Shown: positions 1 to 7,953 of the stretch, piece after piece
Layout of the letters: each line of letters begins with the position of its first letter
Position numbering within the stretch: position 1 is the first letter of the stretch
Source: an uncultured bacterium
GTDB taxonomy: Bacteria; Patescibacteriota; Minisyncoccia; Phycocordibacterales; UBA9973
DNA: 45,144 bases
Direction: 5' to 3'
Assembly (NCBI GenBank): GCA_903894955.1
Contig: CAITSA010000004.1
Location: 1 to 45,144 of the forward strand
Position numbers and translations under genes: made by a program
The notes under the pieces: model-generated
What the model was told of the DNA's origin: nothing
Database searches by the model: none
What the model saw: only the letters and a program-made list of their open reading frames with translations

Positions 1-30
1 AAGCAATTCTTACTTTGTATACACAAATCA

Positions 31-1128
31 ATGCAAAAGAAAAAAGTGAAAAAAGTCGATAAAACAGTAGGTGGAGTTGTGCTCGAAGATACCTTAAAAG
101 CAATTCAAACAAAATTTGGTGAAGGATCTATTATGAAATTCGGTGATTCGCCAAAAGTAGACATCAATACAATACCAACTGGTTCTATTGGTCTTGATAT
201 GGCGCTTGGTGTCGGAGGAATACCGCGTGGTAGAATTATAGAAATTTTTGGTCCAGAATCTTCTGGAAAAACAACTCTTTCTCTGCACATTGTAGCCGAA
301 GCTCAGAAAAAGGGTGGGGTTTGCGCTTATATAGATGCCGAACACGCAATGGATCCAGATTATACAAAAAAGCTTGGAGTCAATATAAATGATTTGCTTA
401 TTTCTCAACCAGATAATGGCGAGCAAGCCCTCGAAATTGTAGAGTCCTTGGTCCGAACTGGAAAAATTGATGTTATCGTCGTAGATTCCGTTGCTGCCTT
501 AACCCCTAAAGATGAAATCGAAGGCGATATGGGAGCATATCATGTTGGTAAACAAGCCCGTCTAATGTCTCAAGCCCTTCGCAAACTGACGGCTATCGTC
601 GCCCGATCTAAAACTGTTGTTATTTTTATAAATCAAATCCGCATGCAAATCGGAGTGATGTTTGGTAATCCAGAAACCACCCCAGGAGGAAAAGCCTTAA
701 AGTTTTATACTTCTGTTCGACTTGATATTCGAAAAATCGCCCAAATAAAAAAGGGAGAAGAAGTGGTGGGCAGTCGTACCCGTGTGAAGGTAGTAAAAAA
801 CAAAGTGGCCGCTCCATTTAAGCAGACAGAGTTTGATATTATTTACAACGAAGGTATTTCCAAAGAAGGTGAGATTATGGCTTTAGGAGAGAAGTTCAAA
901 ATTATAGAAAAGACTGGGAATTCGTATTTCTACCTGCCTGCCGGACAGGCAGGCACGCCAGCTGGCGAGAAAGCACCTGCCCGACACGCTGACGCGAGCC
1001 ATGCGGGCGGGGAAAAAATAAAATTGGGAGTAGGCTATGATTCTACCCGCACCTTCTTGAAAGAAAATAAAAAAACATCAGATCAAATCTTAAAAGAAAT
1101 TCGCAAAAAGTTTGCCGAGGAAGTATAA
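31..1128 (+). CDS. recA: Recombinase RecA
   Basis: GPESSGKTT Walker [40 protein letters not shown]; C-terminal region carries two palindromic in-frame inserts. Confidence 0.99.
   Translation: MQKKKVKKVDKTVGGVVLEDTLKAIQTKFGEGSIMKFGDSPKVDINTIPTGSIGLDMALGVGGIPRGRIIEIFGPESSGKTTLSLHIVAEAQKKGGVCAYIDAEHAMDPDYTKKLGVNINDLLISQPDNGEQALEIVESLVRTGKIDVIVVDSVAALTPKDEIEGDMGAYHVGKQARLMSQALRKLTAIVARSKTVVIFINQIRMQIGVMFGNPETTPGGKALKFYTSVRLDIRKIAQIKKGEEVVGSRTRVKVVKNKVAAPFKQTEFDIIYNEGISKEGEIMALGEKFKIIEKTGNSYFYLPAGQAGTPAGEKAPARHADASHAGGEKIKLGVGYDSTRTFLKENKKTSDQILKEIRKKFAEEV
933..953. repeat. 21-nt palindromic element in frame in recA (CCTGCC...GGCAGG family)
   Basis: CCTGCCTG-CCGGA-CAGGCAGG, perfect 8-bp stem; encodes LPAGQAG. 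Confidence 0.85.
976..1011. repeat. 36-nt hairpin element in frame in recA (CCTGCC...GGCGGG family)
   Basis: CCTGCCCG...CGGGCGGG ends (one G-T pair); encodes [12 protein letters not shown]. Confidence 0.75.
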
Positions 1129-1151
1129 AGATATCTTTTTTTTCTTTTAAT

Positions 1152-1179
1152 TTGATTTAATAAATTAATCTGTTAGTAT
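1152..1179 (+). promoter_or_regulatory. Putative sigma70 promoter of efp (extended -10, probably leaderless)
   Basis: TTGATT at 1152, 16-nt spacer to TAGTAT; extended -10 TGTTAGTAT ends 7 nt before ATG 1187. Confidence 0.55.
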
Positions 1180-1186
1180 ATTGGTT

Positions 1187-1765
1187 ATGGCTCAATTAGA
1201 ATACAGTGCAATTCGTGAGAAAAAAATAATTATCCATGATGATGAACCATGCGAAGTGGTAGAGTCTCATGTCGCTCGCACCCAACAAAGAAAACCACAA
1301 AATCAAGTAAAATTACGAAGTTTAATATCTGGCAAGGTCTTCCCTGCCACATATCATGTTTCTGACTCTGCAATGGAGGCTGATGTTGCAAAACGTGAAA
1401 TTACTTTTTTATATTCTAATAAGGGTGAATTTTGGTTTTGTGACCCAGAAGATAAAAGTAAAAGATTTAAATTAGCCGAAAACCTTATTGGAAACACTGC
1501 TAAATTTTTAAAACAAAATGGAAATGTCACCGCCCTCGTCTGGGACAATGACGATGAAGAAACAATTATAAAAGTCACTCTACCTATTAAAATGGAATTT
1601 CTTATAAAAGAAGCTCCACCGGCTGTCCGAGGAGATACTTCAAAGGGTGGGATGAAGGTTATTACCTTAGAAAATGGTACAACTCTAAATGCACCGATGT
1701 TTATAAAAGAAGGAGATAAAGTAAGTATCAATACGGAAACTGGAGAATATGTAGAACGAGTATAA
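1187..1765 (+). CDS. efp: Elongation factor P
   Basis: FLYS..FWFCD, PAVRGDT, LENG..APMFIKEGD..INTETGEYVER; ATG at 1187 preferred over TTG 1181. Confidence 0.95.
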   Translation: MAQLEYSAIREKKIIIHDDEPCEVVESHVARTQQRKPQNQVKLRSLISGKVFPATYHVSDSAMEADVAKREITFLYSNKGEFWFCDPEDKSKRFKLAENLIGNTAKFLKQNGNVTALVWDNDDEETIIKVTLPIKMEFLIKEAPPAVRGDTSKGGMKVITLENGTTLNAPMFIKEGDKVSINTETGEYVERV

Positions 1766-1780
1766 TTTTTAACCTATTAT

Positions 1781-2611
1781 TTATTTATAGATAAAACTTT
1801 TTTTAATAGTTCTTGGGTCAAGTAAAGGCAATTCTTTTGGCGCGTCTGATAGTTTACGAAGCCTAAAAGAACTACAATGATCTGCACGATTATCGGCAAA
1901 ACCCGGTACAAAAAACACCTCAATTAAATTGCTATATTCTTTTTCAATTTTTTCTGTCCAAACTTTTAAAAGATTATTGAAAGCAATTGGTGTCTGCACA
2001 AACATAATACCTTCTTCAGCAAGTAATTCATACCAAATTTTTAAAATTTTACTAACGGTATATGGTTCTATAGGAACAAATTCCAGACCTTTTGCCATAC
2101 GGGACACTATAAAGTCCACTTTTTTGCCTTGCAGTAACTTGTTCAGAGATTCATATGTTTTAAGGTCAAAAATATCACTTACTAATGTTTCGTGATTTAT
2201 TTTTTCATCTTTCTTCTGGGATCGAGCTAAATCTTTCCCCTCTCGGTGGTCCACAAGAGTAACTCCTACAGATTTAGCAAAAAACCCTCGTGGAAATGAT
2301 TTAAAAACACTGGAACCAATCCCTCCAAATTCTACCCCAATCGCTTTTCCCTTTTTGGTTTCAAGACATTCTTTGATATAACGTGTCAGGTTCTTATTTG
2401 ACCTCGGTAAAATATAATAAAATGATTCAGCAAAAGGTATTCCTTTAGAAGTAGAATAGTCATCTAAAGAGGAATCTAAGAAACCATAATGTTTATCTTT
2501 TTTTATTTTCTCTTTTCCGTAAATTTTAAAATTCTCAATTTTTTCTTGATTTCTTTTAATAACCTTTTCGCTTTCTTCTTTATTTGTTGGGAATCTTTCA
2601 AAATCACTCAT
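1781..2611 (-). CDS. Hypothetical protein, possible class I SAM-dependent methyltransferase fold
   Basis: VEFGGIGS motif-I-like, VDFIVSR, LLAEEGIMFVQ; ATG 2611 follows an extended -10. Confidence 0.5.
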   Translation of the reverse strand: MSDFERFPTNKEESEKVIKRNQEKIENFKIYGKEKIKKDKHYGFLDSSLDDYSTSKGIPFAESFYYILPRSNKNLTRYIKECLETKKGKAIGVEFGGIGSSVFKSFPRGFFAKSVGVTLVDHREGKDLARSQKKDEKINHETLVSDIFDLKTYESLNKLLQGKKVDFIVSRMAKGLEFVPIEPYTVSKILKIWYELLAEEGIMFVQTPIAFNNLLKVWTEKIEKEYSNLIEVFFVPGFADNRADHCSSFRLRKLSDAPKELPLLDPRTIKKSFIYK

Positions 2612-2646
2612 AAAAATATGATAACACAAAATTGAAAACCTAGCTC

Positions 2647-2674
2647 AAAAAAATCCTCTTCTGAGGATTGTTTT
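2647..2674 (-). terminator. Intrinsic terminator after rpsR
   Basis: AATCCTC/GAGGATT 7-bp stem followed by a T run on the minus strand. Confidence 0.6.
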
Positions 2675-2678
2675 AATT

Positions 2679-2879
2679 TTATTTAACCACGAAAGGCAGT
2701 AAGCCTAGAAATCGTGCATGTTTGATAGCATTCGCAAGTGCACGTTGATTCTTGGAAGTTACGCCTGTGCGTTTATGGCTCACTATTTTACCATTAGGAT
2801 TTAAAAATTTCTTTAAAATTTCAATATCCTTGTAATCTATATATTTTATATTGTTGGCTGAAAAATAATCTTGTTTCAT
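2679..2879 (-). CDS. rpsR: 30S ribosomal protein S18
   Basis: IDYKDIEILKKF..GKI...RTGV..KNQRALANAIKHARFLGLLPF; follows rpsF-ssb; lacks the Zn cysteines. Confidence 0.97.
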   Translation of the reverse strand: MKQDYFSANNIKYIDYKDIEILKKFLNPNGKIVSHKRTGVTSKNQRALANAIKHARFLGLLPFVVK

Positions 2880-2894
2880 AATTTGGTTTTTTAA

Positions 2895-3350
2895 TTAAAA
2901 TGGAATGTCCTCAGGATTAATGTCTTCTTCTGGGTATTCTATAGAATCTACTTCTCCTCCTTCAGAAGCTGGGGCTTTTGACCCTGCGCTGGATGTTCCA
3001 ACACTTCCTCCTGTATTACCTCCCTTGGGACCAAACTGAGTACGATCAGCGACTATTTCTGTGCGGTATTTCTTCTCACCACTAGTCTTATCATCCCAAC
3101 TTCTAGTCTGCATTCTTCCTTCAATTAATATAGAACTTCCTTTTTTCATATATTGAGCCACTGTCTCTGCTTGGCGTCCGAAAACTACTATATTGTGATA
3201 ATCAGCTGATTCTTGACGTGCTCCATTTTTATCTTTCCAAACACGATTAGTAGCGATAGAAAATGTGCAAACTTTTATACCAGAAGGCAGTGAACGAAGT
3301 TCTGGATCACGAGTAAGATTTCCTATTAATATTGCTTTATTTAAATACAT
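2895..3350 (-). CDS. ssb: Single-stranded DNA-binding protein
   Basis: NKAILIGNLTRDPELR, EGRMQTRSW, acidic C-terminal EDIPF. Confidence 0.98.
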   Translation of the reverse strand: MYLNKAILIGNLTRDPELRSLPSGIKVCTFSIATNRVWKDKNGARQESADYHNIVVFGRQAETVAQYMKKGSSILIEGRMQTRSWDDKTSGEKKYRTEIVADRTQFGPKGGNTGGSVGTSSAGSKAPASEGGEVDSIEYPEEDINPEDIPF

Positions 3351-3355
3351 TTGGG

Positions 3356-3400
3356 TTAGGTTTTAGGTTCTAGCTTCTAGTCACTAGCACCTAGTTACTA
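3356..3400. repeat. Degenerate 7-bp tandem repeat (CTAG core) between rpsF and ssb
   Basis: CTAG at 3370, 3377, 3384, 3391 and CTA at 3398: strict 7-nt period. Confidence 0.7.
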
Positions 3401-3404
3401 ATAA

Positions 3405-3908
3405 TTAGACTGCGACCATCGCTTCTATTTCTTTATCAATTTCTTCTTTGTTGATAGGAACAGCTTTCTCATTTACATTCCTCTCTGTCTTTGTTTTTCT
3501 ATATGTCATCTCTCCGCGCACAAATCTTTTTGCATTGATTGTATTTTTTCTAACTGTTTTTAATATTAAAAATCGAACAAAATTAGGATCGAGGTCAAGG
3601 CGCTTTTTCAATTTCAAAATTTTATCTGAATCCATCGTAAACTTAACCCAACCAAAATACGCTGTTTTAAATTTATTACGTACATTAGCTACAACTTTAA
3701 CCATAGGATAAGCAAGATTTAACATCTTTGGCATTTCGTCAGAGATAGCAATACCATCTAGTGAAGAAATAAGTTCTTTTAAATTACCAACGGTAACTGG
3801 CACATCAAGCTCAGGAAGTGTAGGCACTAAAAGATAGCCAATCTCATAAACCCGAGAATTAGCATCTGTCTCTATTTTATTTTCATCTTTATTTTCCACT
3901 TCTGACAT
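3405..3908 (-). CDS. rpsF: 30S ribosomal protein S6
   Basis: YEIGYLL, LAYPM, AYFGWVKF, VRFLILK; rpsF-ssb-rpsR synteny; start 3908 (alternative 3917). Confidence 0.9.
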   Translation of the reverse strand: MSEVENKDENKIETDANSRVYEIGYLLVPTLPELDVPVTVGNLKELISSLDGIAISDEMPKMLNLAYPMVKVVANVRNKFKTAYFGWVKFTMDSDKILKLKKRLDLDPNFVRFLILKTVRKNTINAKRFVRGEMTYRKTKTERNVNEKAVPINKEEIDKEIEAMVAV

Positions 3909-3965
3909 AGGTTTCATACTATCAAAAAGACCTTAAAAAGTAAAGTCTCAATGATTATTTATTAT

Positions 3966-4805
3966 TTAAATTCCAAATATTCGTTTAGCATTTGTGACAA
4001 CAGCTAGGGCAACTTCAGCTTCTCCTAGATTTTTTATCTCAGCAATTTTTCTGACAATTTCTTTCACATAAACAGGCTCATTACGCTTACCGCGATAAGG
4101 TACCGGAGCGACATAAGGAGAATCTGTATCAGTTAGGATCATGTCGAGTGGAATATTTTTAATAACTTCATTGTAGTGAAAGCCTGTTCCGTCCTTTTTA
4201 GGAGGGAAAGTGATAGCACCAGCAAACGAAACCATAAATCCAAAATCTACAAAACCTTTCGCTTCTTCCAATGTACCAGAAAAAAAGTGAACTACACCTT
4301 TTACTTTTGCGTATTCTTTTAAGATGTTTAAGGCATCAACATAGGCATCTCTGATGTGCAACATCAGAGGCTTATTAAGTTCATTGGCAAGTTCTATCTG
4401 TTTAATAAATACTTCCCTTTGTTTTGCGATTAATTCTTTCTCCGCATGATAATAATCTAGCCCACATTCACCAATAGCTACCACTTTTTTATCTTTTATA
4501 AATTCTCTATAAATATTTTTATCGAAAATTTCTCCACGAGAGGTAAATTCTCCTCCCTCTTCCCCTAACTCCTGTTTATCATGATGTGAAGCACTAGTAT
4601 GTATCGGATGCAATCCAATAACTGCATACACGCCCTCTTTGTATTTATTTGCTAGTTCAATCGCCTTTTTGGATGTATCTACTTGTGTACCAACATTTAT
4701 TACCCAAGTATCGTTTTCCAAGGCACGTTTAATTACCTCGTCTCTATCAGCGTCAAAAGCTTTAAAATTTACATGACTATGTATGTCTATATACTTGGGC
4801 ATCAT
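3966..4805 (-). CDS. tatD: TatD family DNase
   Basis: IDIHSH, GLHP, AIGECGLDY, LHIRDA, TDSPY, RNEP. Confidence 0.96.
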   Translation of the reverse strand: MMPKYIDIHSHVNFKAFDADRDEVIKRALENDTWVINVGTQVDTSKKAIELANKYKEGVYAVIGLHPIHTSASHHDKQELGEEGGEFTSRGEIFDKNIYREFIKDKKVVAIGECGLDYYHAEKELIAKQREVFIKQIELANELNKPLMLHIRDAYVDALNILKEYAKVKGVVHFFSGTLEEAKGFVDFGFMVSFAGAITFPPKKDGTGFHYNEVIKNIPLDMILTDTDSPYVAPVPYRGKRNEPVYVKEIVRKIAEIKNLGEAEVALAVVTNAKRIFGI

Positions 4806-4813
4806 AAATGCAA

Positions 4814-5200
4814 TTATACCCCCACCAGACCTCCCCCTACATTAGGGTGAGGCCCAGATGAAAGTTTCATTTTAATCTTCTTCAACACTTCGTCAATATT
4901 ACCACTTATCTCGCTATTCCAAAAACGCAAAATTTTTATGTCGTTCATCAATAAATAATTATCTCTTTCTTTATCATAGTCTTTATTTTTTAAATGCTGG
5001 GAACCATCTAATTCAATACCTATTCTTTTTTCTGAACAATAAAAATCTAAAATGTAAGGACCAGCAGAATATTGCCGAACAAATTTGAAACCTAGATTTT
5101 TTCTCCGCAAACTATTCCATAGTAATTTTTCTTCTTTGGTTTCATTGTGGCGTAGTTCTTTACGTCTTGGTTTAAATTTTGGATCATTATATAAAAACAT
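4814..5200 (-). CDS. DUF559 / Vsr-like PD-(D/E)XK endonuclease domain protein
   Basis: RRKELRHNETKEEKLLW..LR, KFVRQY..GPYILDFYC, IELDGSQH, DKERD, ILRFWNSEI. Confidence 0.9.
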   Translation of the reverse strand: MFLYNDPKFKPRRKELRHNETKEEKLLWNSLRRKNLGFKFVRQYSAGPYILDFYCSEKRIGIELDGSQHLKNKDYDKERDNYLLMNDIKILRFWNSEISGNIDEVLKKIKMKLSSGPHPNVGGGLVGV

Positions 5201-5253
5201 ATGTATACATTTTCCCTCACCCTAAAGTAGGGGGAGGGTTAGGGTGGGGGTAT
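4816..5253. mobile_element. Candidate cassette: DUF559 gene between inverted ~38-nt hairpin repeats
   Basis: Left 4816-4852 ATACCCCCACCAGACCTCCCCCTACATTAGGGTGAGG; reverse complement of right 5214-5253 ATACCCCCACCCTAACCCTCCCCCTACTTTAGGGTGAGGG; sits between metG and tatD. Confidence 0.7.
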
Positions 5254-6711
5254 TTAATCCTTTCGTAAAAACAAAGGTTTTTCTGGCTTTTTGTTTTCTT
5301 TAATTAATTTCTTTAAAATAATATTTGTCTCTGGCATTATTGGATTTAGCATCCGAGCTATCTCATACAAACAAATAACCATATCGGAAATCAAAACTTT
5401 TCCCTTTTCTTCATCTGTTTTCACCACCTTAAATGGTTCCCGCTCTTGAATAAATTTATCTAACTCCCCTATTTTATTCCAAACATGATCTACTGCTTGT
5501 TTAATATCAAACTTTTCAAAAAAATTAAAATATTCCGCAAAATCAGATTTCTCTGGAATTTCTGGACATTTATCTAAATATTTTTCAGATAAAGTTAAAA
5601 TACGACTGGCTAAATTCCCCAACCCGTTTGCTAATCCAGAATTGTAAGCTTCTTTAAACCTTTCCATTGTAAATGGACTATCCTCAAATGAGGATATTTC
5701 CCGCAAAAGAAAATAACGCAATGCATCAGGCCCATATTCTTTCACAATATCATTCGGATTAATTACATTACCAAGCGATTTTGACATTTTAATTCCTCCT
5801 TCACCAGTAATAAAACCATGATAAACAATCGTATCTGTCGTTGGTAAACCAGCAGACATCAACATCCCTTGCCACATCACAGACTGAAATTTAACCATAT
5901 CTTTACCGGCAGTCTGGACAGTTTTTCCGTCTTGCCAAAATTTTTCAAACTTTCCCTTACTATCGGGCCACCCTAAGGTGGAAATATAATTTATGAAAGC
6001 ACCAAACCAGACATACATAACTTGAGTGTCATCTCCGGGTATTGGTATACCCCAAGAAAAACGTTTTTTATTACGAGAAATTGAAAAATCTTCCATGCCA
6101 TTTTGTACAAAATCAATTGCCTCAATTCTCCTCCACTCTGGAAAAATTACTTTGTCCCCTGCAAGATATTCTAAAAGTTCTTTTTTGTATTTTGTTAATT
6201 TAAAAAAATAATTCTCTTCTTCAACCATCTCTAATTTTTGAGTTGGATGAAGAGAGCAAAAACCATTCATCAAATCTTTCTCAGTAATAAATCTTTCACA
6301 TCCCACACAATAAAGTCCTCTATATATTTTTTTATAGATATCTCCTTTTGCTTCACAAAGACGCCAAAATTCTTGCGCAGCCTTAATGTTTTCTTTGCTA
6401 GTAGTCCGAATAAAATTGTCATTAGAAAGATTTAAGGTTTCTTTTAAGTTCAGAAACTTTTCTGCATAATAATCAACATATTCTTGAACATTCTTGCCCT
6501 CTTTCTGACTTGCTTCCCAGATTTTCTGCCCATATTCATCTGTACCTGTACTAAAAAAAACATCTTTGCTCAAACGTTGATAGCGCGCAATAACATCTGA
6601 TTGCACAAGCTCAAGTGCAAAACCAATATGAGGATCAGCATTTACATAAGGAATAGTCGTCGTAATATAGAAACTTTTTTTATCGGGATTCATCCCGTTA
6701 GAAATTTTCAT
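5254..6711 (-). CDS. metG: Methionine--tRNA ligase (short form, no C-terminal OB domain)
   Basis: ITTTIPYVNADPHIGF, TGTDEYGQK, CVGCE, YVWF, KMSKSLGN; alternative start ATG 6693. Confidence 0.97.
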   Translation of the reverse strand: MKISNGMNPDKKSFYITTTIPYVNADPHIGFALELVQSDVIARYQRLSKDVFFSTGTDEYGQKIWEASQKEGKNVQEYVDYYAEKFLNLKETLNLSNDNFIRTTSKENIKAAQEFWRLCEAKGDIYKKIYRGLYCVGCERFITEKDLMNGFCSLHPTQKLEMVEEENYFFKLTKYKKELLEYLAGDKVIFPEWRRIEAIDFVQNGMEDFSISRNKKRFSWGIPIPGDDTQVMYVWFGAFINYISTLGWPDSKGKFEKFWQDGKTVQTAGKDMVKFQSVMWQGMLMSAGLPTTDTIVYHGFITGEGGIKMSKSLGNVINPNDIVKEYGPDALRYFLLREISSFEDSPFTMERFKEAYNSGLANGLGNLASRILTLSEKYLDKCPEIPEKSDFAEYFNFFEKFDIKQAVDHVWNKIGELDKFIQEREPFKVVKTDEEKGKVLISDMVICLYEIARMLNPIMPETNIILKKLIKENKKPEKPLFLRKD

Positions 6712-6771
6712 AAATAAAATCTAATAATTTTTTAAAGAATGAAACATGGTTTATATTATTTCTAACGGGAT
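6692..6771. repeat. Perfect 14-bp inverted repeat pair (ATCCCGTTAGAAAT / ATTTCTAACGGGAT)
   Basis: 6692-6705 and 6758-6771 with a 52-nt AT-rich spacer; arms overlap the metG 5' end and the AI-2E gene stop codon. Confidence 0.75.
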
Positions 6772-7844
6772 TCATTTTTAGTTCGAGCTAAAATTTTATT
6801 TTTTTCAACATCACTTAAAAATTCCATCAAAATGACAGCCATCGGAATGGAAAGAATCGCTCCCCAAATTCCACCCAATTCAAAACCAACTACCACCGCT
6901 AGAATAATCACAATTGGAGAAAGACCCACTATCTTTTTTATCAAAAGCGGAGTAAATAGAAATACATCAAATTCATGAACAATGAGATAAGCTCCTAATA
7001 CCATGAAGGCACTACCAAATCCGTTAGAAAGATAAGAAAAAGCAAAAACCGGAATCATTGCTACCAAAATACCATAAGGAACCATCTCCATTATTCCAGT
7101 GATAATAGCGAGCAATAACGCATATTCTATCCCTAAAAGAGAAAGGATTAAATAAATGAGGACCCCAACAACAAAACCGAGAAGCATCTGCCCTTTAACC
7201 CAAAGACCTATTTTACGGCTTGCTCGTGTCCATAAGTCGACTATATAATCATCATATTCGATAGGAACGATGATGTGCAAAAAATTCTCTATCCCTTTTT
7301 CTTGAACTGAAAGATAAAAAGACACCAGAACAATTAAGATGCAATTGAAAATACTACCAAAAGACACAGAAAGAATTTGCACAAACCCACCAGAGAGATT
7401 CAGAACAAAGGCTTTTGACACAGACAAGAGGTTGGCAATTGAAATATGTCCAGAAAGAGCGCTGACAATATTTTTTGCACCGGAAAATGCTTCGTTTTGG
7501 AAAAAACTCAAGAAAGGAGCATCAGGGAAATAGGCTGAAAGAAAAGTGGAGAAATTATAAACTTCTGTTATTAAAAGCGGAGCAAAAAGGTAAAACAGTC
7601 CACCCAAAATAAGCAGGGATATAGCATAAAAAAGAACAATCCCAAAAACTCTATTTTTTATTCCTAGTTTGCGAAAATGCGGAACAGATGAATCTATAAA
7701 AGAAGCGATAACAATAGCGGTTAAAACCACCAAGACTAAATCTCTCAATAAATACAACAAAAATATAAAAAGAGGAACTAGGAAAAATTTTATGATGGTG
7801 CCGGTGGATATAGAAATATGAGAAATGTCACTTTTTTCAGCCAT
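6762..7844 (-). CDS. AI-2E (PerM) family transporter
   Basis: About 8 hydrophobic segments; WVKGQ, MVPYG, VGLSPIVIILA, GAILSIP patterns. Confidence 0.9.
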   Translation of the reverse strand: MAEKSDISHISISTGTIIKFFLVPLFIFLLYLLRDLVLVVLTAIVIASFIDSSVPHFRKLGIKNRVFGIVLFYAISLLILGGLFYLFAPLLITEVYNFSTFLSAYFPDAPFLSFFQNEAFSGAKNIVSALSGHISIANLLSVSKAFVLNLSGGFVQILSVSFGSIFNCILIVLVSFYLSVQEKGIENFLHIIVPIEYDDYIVDLWTRASRKIGLWVKGQMLLGFVVGVLIYLILSLLGIEYALLLAIITGIMEMVPYGILVAMIPVFAFSYLSNGFGSAFMVLGAYLIVHEFDVFLFTPLLIKKIVGLSPIVIILAVVVGFELGGIWGAILSIPMAVILMEFLSDVEKNKILARTKNESR

Positions 7845-7953
7845 AAAAACATAATACCATAAAATATACCCCTCCCCAAATAAAGAGAGGATGCCGTAGT
7901 GGAAGATGTTAGAACTATGTTTGAAAGATTAAATGATACAAGTATTTATATTC

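Noticed and set aside
6620-6635. MetRS HIGF signature variant
   Set aside because: Single change at a position that varies among class I synthetases; other motifs are normal.
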